This document shows, in pieces, positions 41,208-53,391 of a stretch of 64,000 nt of DNA. The DNA lies in the NCBI GenBank assembly GCA_965223375.1, contig OZ245000.1, forward strand, positions 2,715,092-2,779,091, read 5' to 3'. The number at the start of each line of letters is the position of its first letter. Position 1 is the first letter of the stretch. A program made the position numbers and the translations under genes. The notes beneath the pieces were generated by a model. That model saw nothing but the letters and a program-made list of their open reading frames with translations, made no database searches and was not told where the DNA came from. This stretch comes from Candidatus Rariloculaceae bacterium (GTDB lineage Bacteria; Pseudomonadota; Gammaproteobacteria; Steroidobacterales; Rariloculaceae).

Positions 41208-42119
41208 TTGAGACAACGTACGCTCAAGGATTCGATCCGGGCGACCGGCATCGGGCTGCACAGCGGGGCGAAGGTCTATATGACCCTGCGCCCGGCTGCG
41301 GCGAACACCGGTATCGTGTTCCGGCGGCTCGATCTGCCGGAGCCGGTCGACGTGCCTGCGGCGGCGCTGAACGTCACTCAGACGGACCTCGGCACCACGC
41401 TCGAGCATGACGGTGCCCGGGTCGCTACGGTGGAGCATCTGCTGTCCGCGCTTGCCGGGCTCGGCATCGACAATGCGTACATCGACCTGACGGCGGCGGA
41501 GGTGCCGATCATGGACGGCAGCGCTGCGCCGTTCGTGTTTCTGCTGCAGTCCGCCGGTATCGAGGAGCTGTCTGCGCCGAAGCGATTCATCCGGATCGTT
41601 CGACCGGTGCGTGTCGAGGAAGCGGATAAGTGGGCGCGGCTGATGCCGCACGACGGGTTCCGCGTGAACTTCGAGATCGACTTCGATCACCCGGTGCTGA
41701 AGAAGCACCGCCAGACGGCGGCGCTCGACTTTTCGACCACCGCCTTTCTCAAGGAGATCAGCCGCGCGCGCACTTTCGGATTCCTGAAAGACGTCGAGAC
41801 GCTCCGCGCCCGCGATCTGGCGCTCGGCGGCAGCCTCGACAACTCGATCGTCATGGACGACTACCGCGTTCTGAACGAAGACGGGTTACGCTTCCGCGAC
41901 GAATTCGTGCGTCACAAGGTGCTCGATGCCGTAGGCGATCTGTACCTGCTCGGGTCTTGTCTGATCGGCGAGTTCAGCGGCTACAAGTCCGGTCATCGAT
42001 TGAACAACCTGCTGCTTCGGGCGCTGATCGCTCAGCCGGACTGCTTCGAGGAAGTCGTCTTCGAAGAGGACCGCGCGTCGCCGATTTCATATCAGCTGGC
42101 GCCCGGCGTCCCGGACTGA
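41208..42119 (+). CDS. lpxC: UDP-3-O-acyl-GlcNAc deacetylase
   Basis: 303 aa. A TTG start gives [23 protein letters not shown], matching the conserved LpxC N-terminus. TVEHLLSAL and [13 protein letters not shown] blocks. Confidence 0.94.
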   Translation: MRQRTLKDSIRATGIGLHSGAKVYMTLRPAAANTGIVFRRLDLPEPVDVPAAALNVTQTDLGTTLEHDGARVATVEHLLSALAGLGIDNAYIDLTAAEVPIMDGSAAPFVFLLQSAGIEELSAPKRFIRIVRPVRVEEADKWARLMPHDGFRVNFEIDFDHPVLKKHRQTAALDFSTTAFLKEISRARTFGFLKDVETLRARDLALGGSLDNSIVMDDYRVLNEDGLRFRDEFVRHKVLDAVGDLYLLGSCLIGEFSGYKSGHRLNNLLLRALIAQPDCFEEVVFEEDRASPISYQLAPGVPD

Positions 42120-42144
42120 CAACCGCGACCGACGCGCAGTCGCT

Positions 42145-42465
42145 TCAGACCGGCTGACCGTCACCGGACGGCGGCGGGTCACCGGCCGTCTCGCCGCGCG
42201 GTGCCACCCGCACGATTACCTGACCGAGCCCGGCGTCGTCGGCGACGAAGCGCAAGCGCGCGGCCCAGGCGGCCGAGTCGGCCGCGATCACGAGGCGGCC
42301 CTGGGCATCCCGGTGGGCCCCAACGACGTGCCTCGCGACCGTCCGGGGCAGCAGACTGCGGATTTCCCGGGTCAGCGTCCGGCGCCGCTCGGCCTCGGCG
42401 CGCAGGCGCCCGAGGTCGCCGGCCAGCAGCAGATCACCGAGGCTGCGGGGGCCTTCGGGTCTCAT
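42145..42465 (-). CDS. DUF721-family protein (DciA-like)
   Basis: 106 aa Arg-rich protein with the DUF721-like pattern ..LGDLL..L..V..H..GRLVIAADSAAWAARLRF... It occupies the lpxC-secA slot, where many gammaproteobacteria lacking DnaC carry a DUF721 gene (from memory). Confidence 0.55.
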   Translation of the reverse strand: MRPEGPRSLGDLLLAGDLGRLRAEAERRRTLTREIRSLLPRTVARHVVGAHRDAQGRLVIAADSAAWAARLRFVADDAGLGQVIVRVAPRGETAGDPPPSGDGQPV

Positions 42466-42728
42466 AATGAGACGGGCGTCAACGTTTGCGGGCGCATTTC
42501 TTGAGTCGGCACGGGAATCGGGGCATTCTTGGGCGCATATATGACTGCCGCCCGCTGCGGCGTCGCCAGGTCAGCATTCATCGAAAATCCTAACGCGTTT
42601 CGGTCCCGGTGGAGTCGTCGAGTGACAATAATCGAAAACCGCTATACTCCGGGTGCCGTCGCAGGTCGGCGGCGGCCGCCGCCGTCCCGCGGCAAGAATA
42701 ACAACACCGGTAGCCGAGGCACCTGCTG

Positions 42729-43649
42729 ATGCAATTGATTTTTCTGTCCAACGGTCGTGGTCAGGTCGGGCAGCTGAGTCTGCGCTCCGGGCGGACGCTG
42801 GCGGCCATCGGCGCGCTGGCGCTCGTCATCTGCGGTGCGGTTTTCTTTGGCGGATTTCAGGCAGCGCAGAGTTTCGGTGTCGCCGATCCGGCTGCCGAGC
42901 TAGACGGCTGGCGGGCAGAGCTCGAGAAACAGGAACAGGTCATCGCATCGACCCGGCGGACACTCGAGCGCAACGTCGATGCGCTCGCGCTGCGACTCGG
43001 GCAGCTGAACGCCCACATCGTGCGGCTCGACGCCCTCGGCTCGCGGCTCACGCAGATGGCGGAGCTCAACGACGGCGAATTCGATTTCACGGCTGCGCCG
43101 TCACTCGGCGGGCCGGAGGAGCTGGTGGCAACGGCGGACTCGAGCTACGTCGAGAGCATGGACGGCGCGATCGATCTGCTCGAGGCACAGATCGCGGACC
43201 GCAGCCAGCAGCTGAGCGTGATCGAGGACTTCCTGCTGAATCGCAAGCTCCGCGAGGAAGTGCACCCGGAAGGCCGGCCCGTCAACACCGGCTACATCTC
43301 CTCCCGTTTCGGAACGCGCAACGACCCGTTTACCGGCCGTCGGGCGTTTCACAAGGGGATCGATTTCGCCGGTCGGGAGGGCGCGGACGTCGTTGCCGTC
43401 GCGTCGGGTATCGTGACCTGGTCCGGTGATCGCTACGGCTACGGGCAGCTGGTCGAGGTCAACCACGGTAATGGCTATGTGACGCGGTATGCCCACAACG
43501 CCGACAATCTCGTCGCGGTCGGCGATACCGTGAAGCGCGGCGATGTCATCGCGCGCATGGGCGACACGGGACGCGCAACAGGGCCGAACCTGCATTTCGA
43601 AGTGCTGCACAACGGGTCTGCGGTCGATCCGCTGACCTACATCAACTGA
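42729..43649 (+). CDS. M23/LytM-domain protein with N-terminal TM and coiled coil
   Basis: 306 aa. TM LAAIGALALVICGAVFFGG, a coiled-coil stretch, then a LytM domain with HKGIDFAG (HxxxD). The second motif reads GPNLHFEV (NxH instead of HxH). Confidence 0.88.
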   Translation: MQLIFLSNGRGQVGQLSLRSGRTLAAIGALALVICGAVFFGGFQAAQSFGVADPAAELDGWRAELEKQEQVIASTRRTLERNVDALALRLGQLNAHIVRLDALGSRLTQMAELNDGEFDFTAAPSLGGPEELVATADSSYVESMDGAIDLLEAQIADRSQQLSVIEDFLLNRKLREEVHPEGRPVNTGYISSRFGTRNDPFTGRRAFHKGIDFAGREGADVVAVASGIVTWSGDRYGYGQLVEVNHGNGYVTRYAHNADNLVAVGDTVKRGDVIARMGDTGRATGPNLHFEVLHNGSAVDPLTYIN

Positions 43650-43799
43650 GCTCGCCCAGCACCTGACTTCATCGCCCGGCTGCACGCGGCGGCCACCTCG
43701 CGGGGAGGGCCGAAAGCCCGTCGGACGGGTTTAATTGCCGCGCCGGTGTCCCCAAATCTATAGAATACCCGCACGAACGCCCGCCGACAGGGATCCGCT

Positions 43800-46775
<2,976 letters not shown>

Positions 46776-46786
46776 GTCCGGCCCCC

Positions 46787-47203
46787 ATGGTCGCAACAGA
46801 CGCGATCAACGTCGTCGTCGGCATTCTGGTCGATGACCGCCGGCGGGTGCTGATCGCACAGCGTCCCCCCGGCCGGCATCTCGCAGGCGGCTGGGAATTC
46901 CCGGGCGGCAAGCGTGAATCGGGCGAGTCGGCGCTGGCAGCGCTCGAGCGCGAGCTTCGCGAGGAGCTCGGCGTCCGGCAGCTGACAGCCGAGCCGCTGA
47001 TGACTCACCGCCATGCCTACCCGGATCGGGAGGTCTGTCTGGACGTCTGGTGGGTGGCGCAATTCGCGCCGACGCCGGTTGGTCTGGAAGGTCAGAAGCT
47101 CCGCTGGGTCGAAGCGGCGGGCCTGCGCGATGCCGCGCTGCTGCCGGCCGATGCGCCGATCGTCGAACGCGTTACGGCGCGGATTCAGCAGAGCGCGAGC
47201 TGA
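46787..47203 (+). CDS. mutT: Nudix hydrolase, 8-oxo-dGTP diphosphatase-like
   Basis: 138 aa from MVATDAINVV. Complete Nudix box GGKRESGESALAALERELREELGV. Position after secA as in E. coli. Confidence 0.88.
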   Translation: MVATDAINVVVGILVDDRRRVLIAQRPPGRHLAGGWEFPGGKRESGESALAALERELREELGVRQLTAEPLMTHRHAYPDREVCLDVWWVAQFAPTPVGLEGQKLRWVEAAGLRDAALLPADAPIVERVTARIQQSAS

Positions 47204-47946
47204 AAGTCGACGTCACGGAGCGTCTGCTGCGTGCGTGTATCGCTGTCGGCCCATTCCATGAAGTAGATCGTAAAGCGATGCGGGCCGGCACTGATCCGCG
47301 GACACAGGCCGCTACCGTGGTCGATCAGCACTCGAACCAGATGCAGCGGGTCTTTGCGGTTCAGGTTGTGCTGATAGAAGCCGGCCGCCGCCGTCATCGC
47401 CTTCGGGACGCTCGCCTCGCGCGTCAGCCACAGCACTTCGGCGATTGCGTCGTTCAGCGGTCGGAAGTGACCGAGCCAGCCCTTCAGCTCGCGCTGTCGC
47501 TCGCCGGCATGCAGCTGCAGCCAGTAGCCGTATTCAGGCAGGTCGAACGTGCAGGTACCGCCGGGAATCGCACTGCGATGCAGGATCGCACTCAGAAACT
47601 CGCTCTCCCTGAGCCCGGAAAGGTAGTGTTTGCCGGCCGCGGAGAGCGTACCGCGGAGCTTCTCGAGGCGCTCGATCAGGCCGTTCAGGCGCGCCTCGTC
47701 GATGCCGGGCGTGCGCCGAAATCGTGGCAGCCGCTCCAGATGCCGGTCGACTTCCTTCAGCACGTCTGAGCGCACGTCGCCGCGGCTCGAAACCGTCAGC
47801 ATCTCGAGCAGGCCGGCGACGGCCGCCCGCGTTCCGAACTCCGTCGCGTCGCGAGCATGAAACTCGGTCTGGCGGTGGAGCAGCTCGAGCCGCAGGAACG
47901 TTCGCATTCTCTCCGTCAGCGGGTGCTCGAATGCGGTGGGCTGCAT
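47185..47946 (-). CDS. zapD: cell division protein ZapD
   Basis: 253 aa from MQPTAFEHPLTERMRTFLRLELL, which matches the E. coli ZapD N-terminus from memory; GGAG 6 nt upstream. An upstream ATG at 47988 would add 14 aa. The 3' end overlaps the mutT 3' end by 19 nt. Confidence 0.88.
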   Translation of the reverse strand: MQPTAFEHPLTERMRTFLRLELLHRQTEFHARDATEFGTRAAVAGLLEMLTVSSRGDVRSDVLKEVDRHLERLPRFRRTPGIDEARLNGLIERLEKLRGTLSAAGKHYLSGLRESEFLSAILHRSAIPGGTCTFDLPEYGYWLQLHAGERQRELKGWLGHFRPLNDAIAEVLWLTREASVPKAMTAAAGFYQHNLNRKDPLHLVRVLIDHGSGLCPRISAGPHRFTIYFMEWADSDTRTQQTLRDVDFQLALC

Positions 47947-47992
47947 GGCCGGCTCCGGCTGGGAAGCTTCGGCAGTGGACTGATTCATCGCG

Positions 47993-48616
47993 CTATTCTG
48001 CGCGACCTGCGGTATTTGAGCAATTATGTCCCATCGCGCGATAGCGTTCGTGCAGCGCCTCCACTTGCGGCGACAGTTTCTCGAGCCCCGCCGAGTTGTC
48101 GATGACATCGTCGGCGACCGCGAGTCGCGTCGTGCGATCCGTCTGTGCGGCGATGGCAGCCCGCGCTTCCGGCTCGCTGAGGCCGTCGCGTCCGATCAAT
48201 CGCGCGAGCTGCACGTCGACCGGGCAGTCGACCACGAGCACCCGGTGCACGAGCTCTGAGAAACCGGTCTCGACCAACAGCGGTACCGCCACGATGACGT
48301 ACGGGCCGGTCGCAGCTTCGAGCAGCGCTAGCGTGCGCGCCCGGATCAGCGGGTGCAGAATCGACTCGAGACGCTTGCGCGCGGCCGCGTCGGCCAGGAT
48401 CCTGCGGCGCATCGCGGCGCGATCGAGAGCGCCGGCCGTGGTCAGAATCCCGGCACCGAAGGCCTGAACGACGGCAGCCAGTCCCGCCGTGCCGGGCCTG
48501 ACGACCTCGCGGGCGACCTCGTCCGTATCGATCGTCGCTGCACCGAGCGCCTCGAACAAGCGCATCACGGTCGACTTGCCGCTCGCGATGCCGCCGGTCA
48601 GGCCGACCCGGAGCAC
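47993..48616 (-). CDS. coaE: dephospho-CoA kinase
   Basis: 207 aa from GTG (V)LRVGLTGGIASGKST (P-loop at the extreme N-terminus as in CoaE). The start lies 2 nt after the pilD stop. The track ORF (337 aa) extends into pilD. Confidence 0.9.
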   Translation of the reverse strand: MLRVGLTGGIASGKSTVMRLFEALGAATIDTDEVAREVVRPGTAGLAAVVQAFGAGILTTAGALDRAAMRRRILADAAARKRLESILHPLIRARTLALLEAATGPYVIVAVPLLVETGFSELVHRVLVVDCPVDVQLARLIGRDGLSEPEARAAIAAQTDRTTRLAVADDVIDNSAGLEKLSPQVEALHERYRAMGHNCSNTAGRAE

Positions 48617-48618
48617 GC

Positions 48619-49512
48619 TCAGCTCATCGAACCCAGGTACCAGCTGACCAGATCCGGTCCCCACAGCAGCGCTATCCAGCCGCCGCCGGCGAGGTAAGGG
48701 CCGAAAGGAATCGGTTTTTGCGGCGCATGGCTCCGAAAGACGATCAGGAAGATGCCGACGGCTGCGCCGACGGCCGATGCGAACAGGATAACCGGAAGCA
48801 GCATCTGCCAGCCGAGCCACGCACCGATTGCCGCCAGCAGCTTGAAGTCGCCGCCACCCATGCCCTGCTGCTTGCGGATGAGCATGAACAAGCCGTTGAT
48901 GCTCCACAGGCTCAGATAGCCGACCGCTGCGCCGATGACGCTCGACCGGAGGTCGGCAAAGGGCGGTTCCGCCAGCGGCAGCAACGGCAGCACGAGGCCA
49001 ATCCACATCAACGGCAGCGTCATGCTGTCCGGCAGGAATTGCGTATCGAAGTCGATCAGCGACATCGCGATCAGGTACCAGGTGAAGACGAGCGCCGCGA
49101 GCGTCGCCGGCGTCGGTCCGAGGGTCCAGGCGACGATCAGGCTGGCGGCGGCCGTCGAGGCCTCGACGATCGGGTAGCGCTTCGAGATCGGCGCCCGGCA
49201 GCTCGCGCAGCGCCCGCGCAGCATGAGCCAGCTCAGGACCGGAATGTTCTGCAGCGGAGTAATGCGCGCACCGCAGGCCGTGCAGGCCGACGGCGGCCAG
49301 ATCAGGTCGTAGCGCGCCGGCGCGTCTCCGGCACTGTCGGTGGCGGGCTCGAAGCCGTCGATGCCGTGCTCCCGGGCGAACTCGGCGCAGCTCTCACGCC
49401 ACTCGCGCTCGAACATCCGCGGCCATCGGTGCACGACGACATTCAGAAAGCTGCCGATGAGCAGCCCGAGCAGGCCGCAGCCTGACAGAAGAAGGGGCCA
49501 GTAGTCGGTCAC
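48619..49512 (-). CDS. pilD: prepilin leader peptidase / N-methyltransferase
   Basis: 297 aa polytopic protein. GSFLNVVVHRWP, Cys-rich methyltransferase loop (CTACGARI..CASCRAPI), GGGDFKLLA aspartyl-protease motif. Confidence 0.95.
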   Translation of the reverse strand: MTDYWPLLLSGCGLLGLLIGSFLNVVVHRWPRMFEREWRESCAEFAREHGIDGFEPATDSAGDAPARYDLIWPPSACTACGARITPLQNIPVLSWLMLRGRCASCRAPISKRYPIVEASTAAASLIVAWTLGPTPATLAALVFTWYLIAMSLIDFDTQFLPDSMTLPLMWIGLVLPLLPLAEPPFADLRSSVIGAAVGYLSLWSINGLFMLIRKQQGMGGGDFKLLAAIGAWLGWQMLLPVILFASAVGAAVGIFLIVFRSHAPQKPIPFGPYLAGGGWIALLWGPDLVSWYLGSMS

Positions 49513-49547
49513 ACTGCGAATTCTAGACCGGATATCCCGCCGATTCG

Positions 49548-50765
49548 CTAGACCACGGCACCCATCTTGAAGATCGGCAGGTACATCGCGATGACGAGGC
49601 CACCGACGAGTACACCGAGCACGGCCATGATCAGCGGCTCGAGCAGACTCGACATGCTGTCGACGGCGTTGTCGACCTCTTCCTCATAGAAGTCTGCGAC
49701 CTTACCCGACATCTCGTCGAGGGAGCCGGATTCCTCACCGACCGCGATCATTTGGTTGACCATGTTCGGGAAGAGCTCGGTATTTTCCATCGCCCGCTGC
49801 AGTCGCGTGCCGGTCGCAACCTCGTCGCGCATCTTGAGGACAGCCGACTCGTAGACGATGTTGCCGGTGGCGCCGGCAACGGAATCGAGCGCTTCGACGA
49901 GTGGCACACCGGCGGCGAACGTCGTCGCCAGCGTTCGCGCGTAGCGTGCAATTGCGGACTTGTTCAGGATCGGGCCGATGATCGGCAGCTTCAGCACGGC
50001 GCGATCGAGGAAATGCTGCACGGCCTTCGAGCGCTTCTTCAGGTGAATGAAGCCCGATATGCTCGCCACCAGCAGGACGGCGAGAATGAAGCCCTGGGAG
50101 CGGACGAAGTTCGAGATGTCGATGACCATGCGCGTAAACGCCGGCAGATCGGCACCGAAGCCCTGGAACAGCGACTCGAACTCCGGAATGACGAAAATCA
50201 GCAGAATCGCCGTGACGATGAATGCGACGACGACGACCGCGGCCGGGTAGAAGAGCGCCTTCTTGACCTTCTTCTTGATCGCCTCGGTCTTTTCCTTGTA
50301 TGTCGCGATCTTGTCGAGCAGGGTCTCGAGCGCGCCGGCCTGCTCACCGGCACCGACCAGGCTCACATAGAGATCGTCGAAATAGAGCGGATGCTTTTCG
50401 AGCGCATTCGCGAGCGCCGTGCCGCCTTCCACGTCGGCCTTGATGTCGAGGATCAGCTTCTGCATCGCCGGGTTGTCGTGACCGGCACCGATGATGTCGA
50501 ATGCCTGCACCAGCGGGATACCTGCAGTCATCATCGTTGCGAGCTGCCGCGAGAAGATTGCGATGTCACCGGGAGTGACCTTGCCCTTGGGTTTGAAGAG
50601 CGTGCTTTGCTTGCGGACCTTCGAAGGCACGACGCCCTGGCGCCGCAGCTCGCTGCGGACCGCTGCCTCGCTGGCCGCGACGACCTTGCCCTTGACCTTC
50701 TTGCCTGCACGATCCGTCCCTTCCCAGTTGAAGGGGATCTGCTTGACTGCTGCTGCTTGCGCCAT
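49548..50765 (-). CDS. pilC: type IV pilus platform protein PilC
   Basis: 405 aa. Two GspF-type repeats (..FSRQLATMMTAGIPL.., ..YARTLATTFAAGVPL..). Confidence 0.95.
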   Translation of the reverse strand: MAQAAAVKQIPFNWEGTDRAGKKVKGKVVAASEAAVRSELRRQGVVPSKVRKQSTLFKPKGKVTPGDIAIFSRQLATMMTAGIPLVQAFDIIGAGHDNPAMQKLILDIKADVEGGTALANALEKHPLYFDDLYVSLVGAGEQAGALETLLDKIATYKEKTEAIKKKVKKALFYPAAVVVVAFIVTAILLIFVIPEFESLFQGFGADLPAFTRMVIDISNFVRSQGFILAVLLVASISGFIHLKKRSKAVQHFLDRAVLKLPIIGPILNKSAIARYARTLATTFAAGVPLVEALDSVAGATGNIVYESAVLKMRDEVATGTRLQRAMENTELFPNMVNQMIAVGEESGSLDEMSGKVADFYEEEVDNAVDSMSSLLEPLIMAVLGVLVGGLVIAMYLPIFKMGAVV

Positions 50766-50817
50766 TCCCTAGCGTCTCCGAAAGCGTTAGTTACTGCGTT
50801 CCATCGCCGCCTGCGGA

Positions 50818-52542
50818 CTAATCGATGGTAACCCGGTTGATCTCTTCGAGGCTGGTAATCCCGTCCTTGACTTTCCTGAGTCCCGACTGTCTCAGATCAG
50901 GAATGCCGTCCTTTTTCGCCTGCTCCGAAATCTGCATGGCGTTGCCGTCTTCCATGATGATCCGGCCGATCGTTTCGGTAACCGGCATGACCTGGTAGAC
51001 GCCAACGCGGCCCTTGTAGCCGCTCGTGCACTGGGCGCAGCCCGGTGCGCTGTAGACGGTGATGCCCGCTTCCACGTCGGCGTTCGAGAAGCCCTCCTTG
51101 AGCAGCGCCTCCGCGGGCACGTCGACGGGCTCCTTGCAGTTTTCGCACAGGCGCCGGGCCAGCCGCTGGGCGATGATCAGGCTGACGGAGCTGGCAATCG
51201 CATAGGGCTTCACGCCCATATCCACCATGCGTGTCAGCGTCTTCGGCGCGTCGTTGGTGTGAAGCGTCGACAGCACGAGGTGACCAGTTTGCGCGGCCTT
51301 GATCGCAATCTCGGCCGTTTCGAGGTCGCGGATCTCGCCGACCATGATCACGTCCGGGTCCTGACGCAGAAACGCGCGCAGTGAAGAGGCAAACGTGAGC
51401 CCTACCTTCGGGTTTACGTTGACCTGATTGATTCCGGGCACGTTGATTTCGGCCGGATCCTCCGCGGTCGAGATATTTCGGTCCGCCGTGTTGAGGATGT
51501 TGAGTCCCGTATATAGCGACACGGTCTTACCGCTGCCGGTCGGGCCGGTAACGAGGATCATGCCGTAGGGTTTGGCCAGGTTCTCCAGGTAGAGCTGCTT
51601 CTGCTCCTCCTCGTAGCCCAGGGCGTCGATGCCGAGCTGGGCGCTCGACGGATCTAGCAGGCGGCAGACGACCTTCTCGCCGAACAACGTCGGGCAGGTG
51701 TTGACGCGAAAGTCGATCGCCCGGTTCTTCGACAGACGCATCTTGATGCGGCCGTCCTGCGGAATACGGCGCTCGGCGATATCGAGGCGGGCCATGACCT
51801 TCAGTCGGGCCGCCACCTTCATAGCGAGCGCCACCGGCGGCTTTGCGACCTCGGTCAGCACGCCGTCCTGCCGGAGCCGTATCCGGTAGTACTTTTCGTA
51901 AGGTTCGAAATGAATGTCCGACGCGCTGCGCTTGATCGAGTCGAGCATGATCTTGTTGACGAAGCGAACGACGGGCGCATCGTCGACATCGGCCGAGGAA
52001 ATTTCGCCGGCGTTCGGGTCCTCGTCGCCGCCGGTGACCTCGAGATTATCCATGTCGAAGTCGTCTTCGTCGAAGGCCGACATCGAGGTATCAACGGCTT
52101 CGATCGCGCTCGCAACCTTGCCCTCGAGCTTATCCTGCTCGACGACAACCGGCTCGATGCGCAGCGTCGTCTGGAACTTGATCTCATCGAGCGCGTGCAG
52201 ATTCGTCGGGTCGCCGACAGCGATGTAGAGGCGCTTGCCGCGCTGCTGCAGCGGCAGCACGCGATGCTTGGTCAGCAGCTTTTCGCTGACCAGCCTGACC
52301 GCGTCGAGATCGAGCTCGACCGCATCCAGGTCGAGCAGCGGCACGCCAAATTCGTGGGCCGCAGCGACGGCGATCCGTTTGGCGTCACCGAGCTGCTTGG
52401 CGACCAGATAGGGCACGAGGCCGATCTTCTCCGCCTGTGCCTGCTCTATCGCGGTGACCAGCGCGTCTTGGGCGATGACGCCGTCCTGGACGAGGCGGCG
52501 CGGCAGCCCGGACAGGGCGTTTTGGGTAGCTGTAACGGCCAT
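50818..52542 (-). CDS. pilB: type IV pilus assembly ATPase PilB
   Basis: 574 aa. Walker A GPTGSGKT, Asp/His boxes, tetracysteine CENCK..CAQC, GspE-type N-domains. Confidence 0.96.
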   Translation of the reverse strand: MAVTATQNALSGLPRRLVQDGVIAQDALVTAIEQAQAEKIGLVPYLVAKQLGDAKRIAVAAAHEFGVPLLDLDAVELDLDAVRLVSEKLLTKHRVLPLQQRGKRLYIAVGDPTNLHALDEIKFQTTLRIEPVVVEQDKLEGKVASAIEAVDTSMSAFDEDDFDMDNLEVTGGDEDPNAGEISSADVDDAPVVRFVNKIMLDSIKRSASDIHFEPYEKYYRIRLRQDGVLTEVAKPPVALAMKVAARLKVMARLDIAERRIPQDGRIKMRLSKNRAIDFRVNTCPTLFGEKVVCRLLDPSSAQLGIDALGYEEEQKQLYLENLAKPYGMILVTGPTGSGKTVSLYTGLNILNTADRNISTAEDPAEINVPGINQVNVNPKVGLTFASSLRAFLRQDPDVIMVGEIRDLETAEIAIKAAQTGHLVLSTLHTNDAPKTLTRMVDMGVKPYAIASSVSLIIAQRLARRLCENCKEPVDVPAEALLKEGFSNADVEAGITVYSAPGCAQCTSGYKGRVGVYQVMPVTETIGRIIMEDGNAMQISEQAKKDGIPDLRQSGLRKVKDGITSLEEINRVTID

Positions 52543-52679
52543 CGGCGTAGGGATTGCTCAGTCGTCGGTGCGGCTGTGGGCTTTGACCATAAGAACGGCT
52601 ACTTTCACTGGGCTGCCCCGAAACTGTCAATCATGCCGTTCTCCTTTTGTGACAGAGATTTAGATCGCTGCCGACGATC

Positions 52680-52715
52680 AAAAAAGCTCCACCCCGCAAG
52701 CTGCGGGGTGGAGCT
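52680..52715 (-). terminator. rho-independent terminator downstream of pilA
   Basis: On the minus strand: AGCTCCACCCCGCA-GCT-TGCGGGGTGGAGCT (14-bp perfect GC-rich stem) followed by TTTTTT. Begins about 50 nt after the pilA TAA stop. Confidence 0.88.
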
Positions 52716-52765
52716 TTGGTCGATGCCGGCCGGCCTTGTCGCCCCCGGCAATCAGGTCCGTCGAA

Positions 52766-53296
52766 TTACGGACGGCAGGCCGAAGGCAGGTACTGCGTCA
52801 GGCCGTTCGCGACCAGCGAGCCACCGTTGGCATAGTTGGACGTAACGCCCATGCCCGATGCGCCCATGAAGCCCGTGGCGCCACCGGCAACCGTCGGGTC
52901 AGGTGCACCGCCGCAGCGCCAGATGACCGACAGGTCAGCGGACTCGTACGGCACGATGTCGAGCGTCTCACCCTGGATCTGGGCGTTCGCTTCGTTACCG
53001 AAAGTGAGTGTGATGACACCGTTGGCAACGGCGACCGAGCTCACGTACTTGCCCTGCGTGTCCGTGGCATTTGCCGACATGCCGGCAGTCGGCCGGTCGG
53101 CCGGTGCCTCACCGCGGTTCAGAAAGCTCTCGGAAACCGCAGCCTTGGCGGCAGCAGCCAGGTTCATGCCTTCCGAAACCTGGGCGCGAATCGTGTAGTC
53201 CTGGTAGGCCGGAATCGCGATCGCGGCCAGAATGCCGATGATGGCAACGACGATCATCAGCTCGATGAGCGTGAAACCCTTCTGCAAGTTCTTCAT
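52766..53296 (-). CDS. pilA: type IVa major pilin
   Basis: 176 aa. Short leader MKNLQKG then [27 protein letters not shown] (class III signal). C-terminal Cys pair (RCGG...SACRP) for the disulfide loop. AGGAG SD present. Confidence 0.95.
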   Translation of the reverse strand: MKNLQKGFTLIELMIVVAIIGILAAIAIPAYQDYTIRAQVSEGMNLAAAAKAAVSESFLNRGEAPADRPTAGMSANATDTQGKYVSSVAVANGVITLTFGNEANAQIQGETLDIVPYESADLSVIWRCGGAPDPTVAGGATGFMGASGMGVTSNYANGGSLVANGLTQYLPSACRP

Positions 53297-53375
53297 CTGG
53301 AGCAGCTCCTCTAAGAGAGATAAATATGTTGTTCAAGTCACAGTGATGACGACTAGTCGCATCTGAGGGCCTAAG

Positions 53376-53391
53376 TGCAATCGGTGTGCCA
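53376..53391 (-). promoter_or_regulatory. sigma54 (-24/-12) promoter of pilA
   Basis: The minus strand reads TGGCAC-ACCGA-TTGCA, an exact match to the TGGCAC-N5-TTGCA consensus. It lies about 80 nt upstream of the pilA ATG and downstream of pilR, a sigma54 activator. Confidence 0.85.

Noticed and set aside
42529-42729. 66-aa ORF whose stop overlaps the M23 gene start (TGATG)
   Set aside because: Third codon positions are AT-rich, unlike all real genes here. It has a TTG start without an SD and an odd composition. The peptide repeats (FIENP/IIENR) simply mirror the ATCGAAAA DNA repeats.
43650-43799. secM-like arrest-peptide leader upstream of secA
   Set aside because: There is no ORF with an ATG/GTG start and signal peptide in the 150-bp spacer, and no ..GIRAGP-type arrest motif in any frame.
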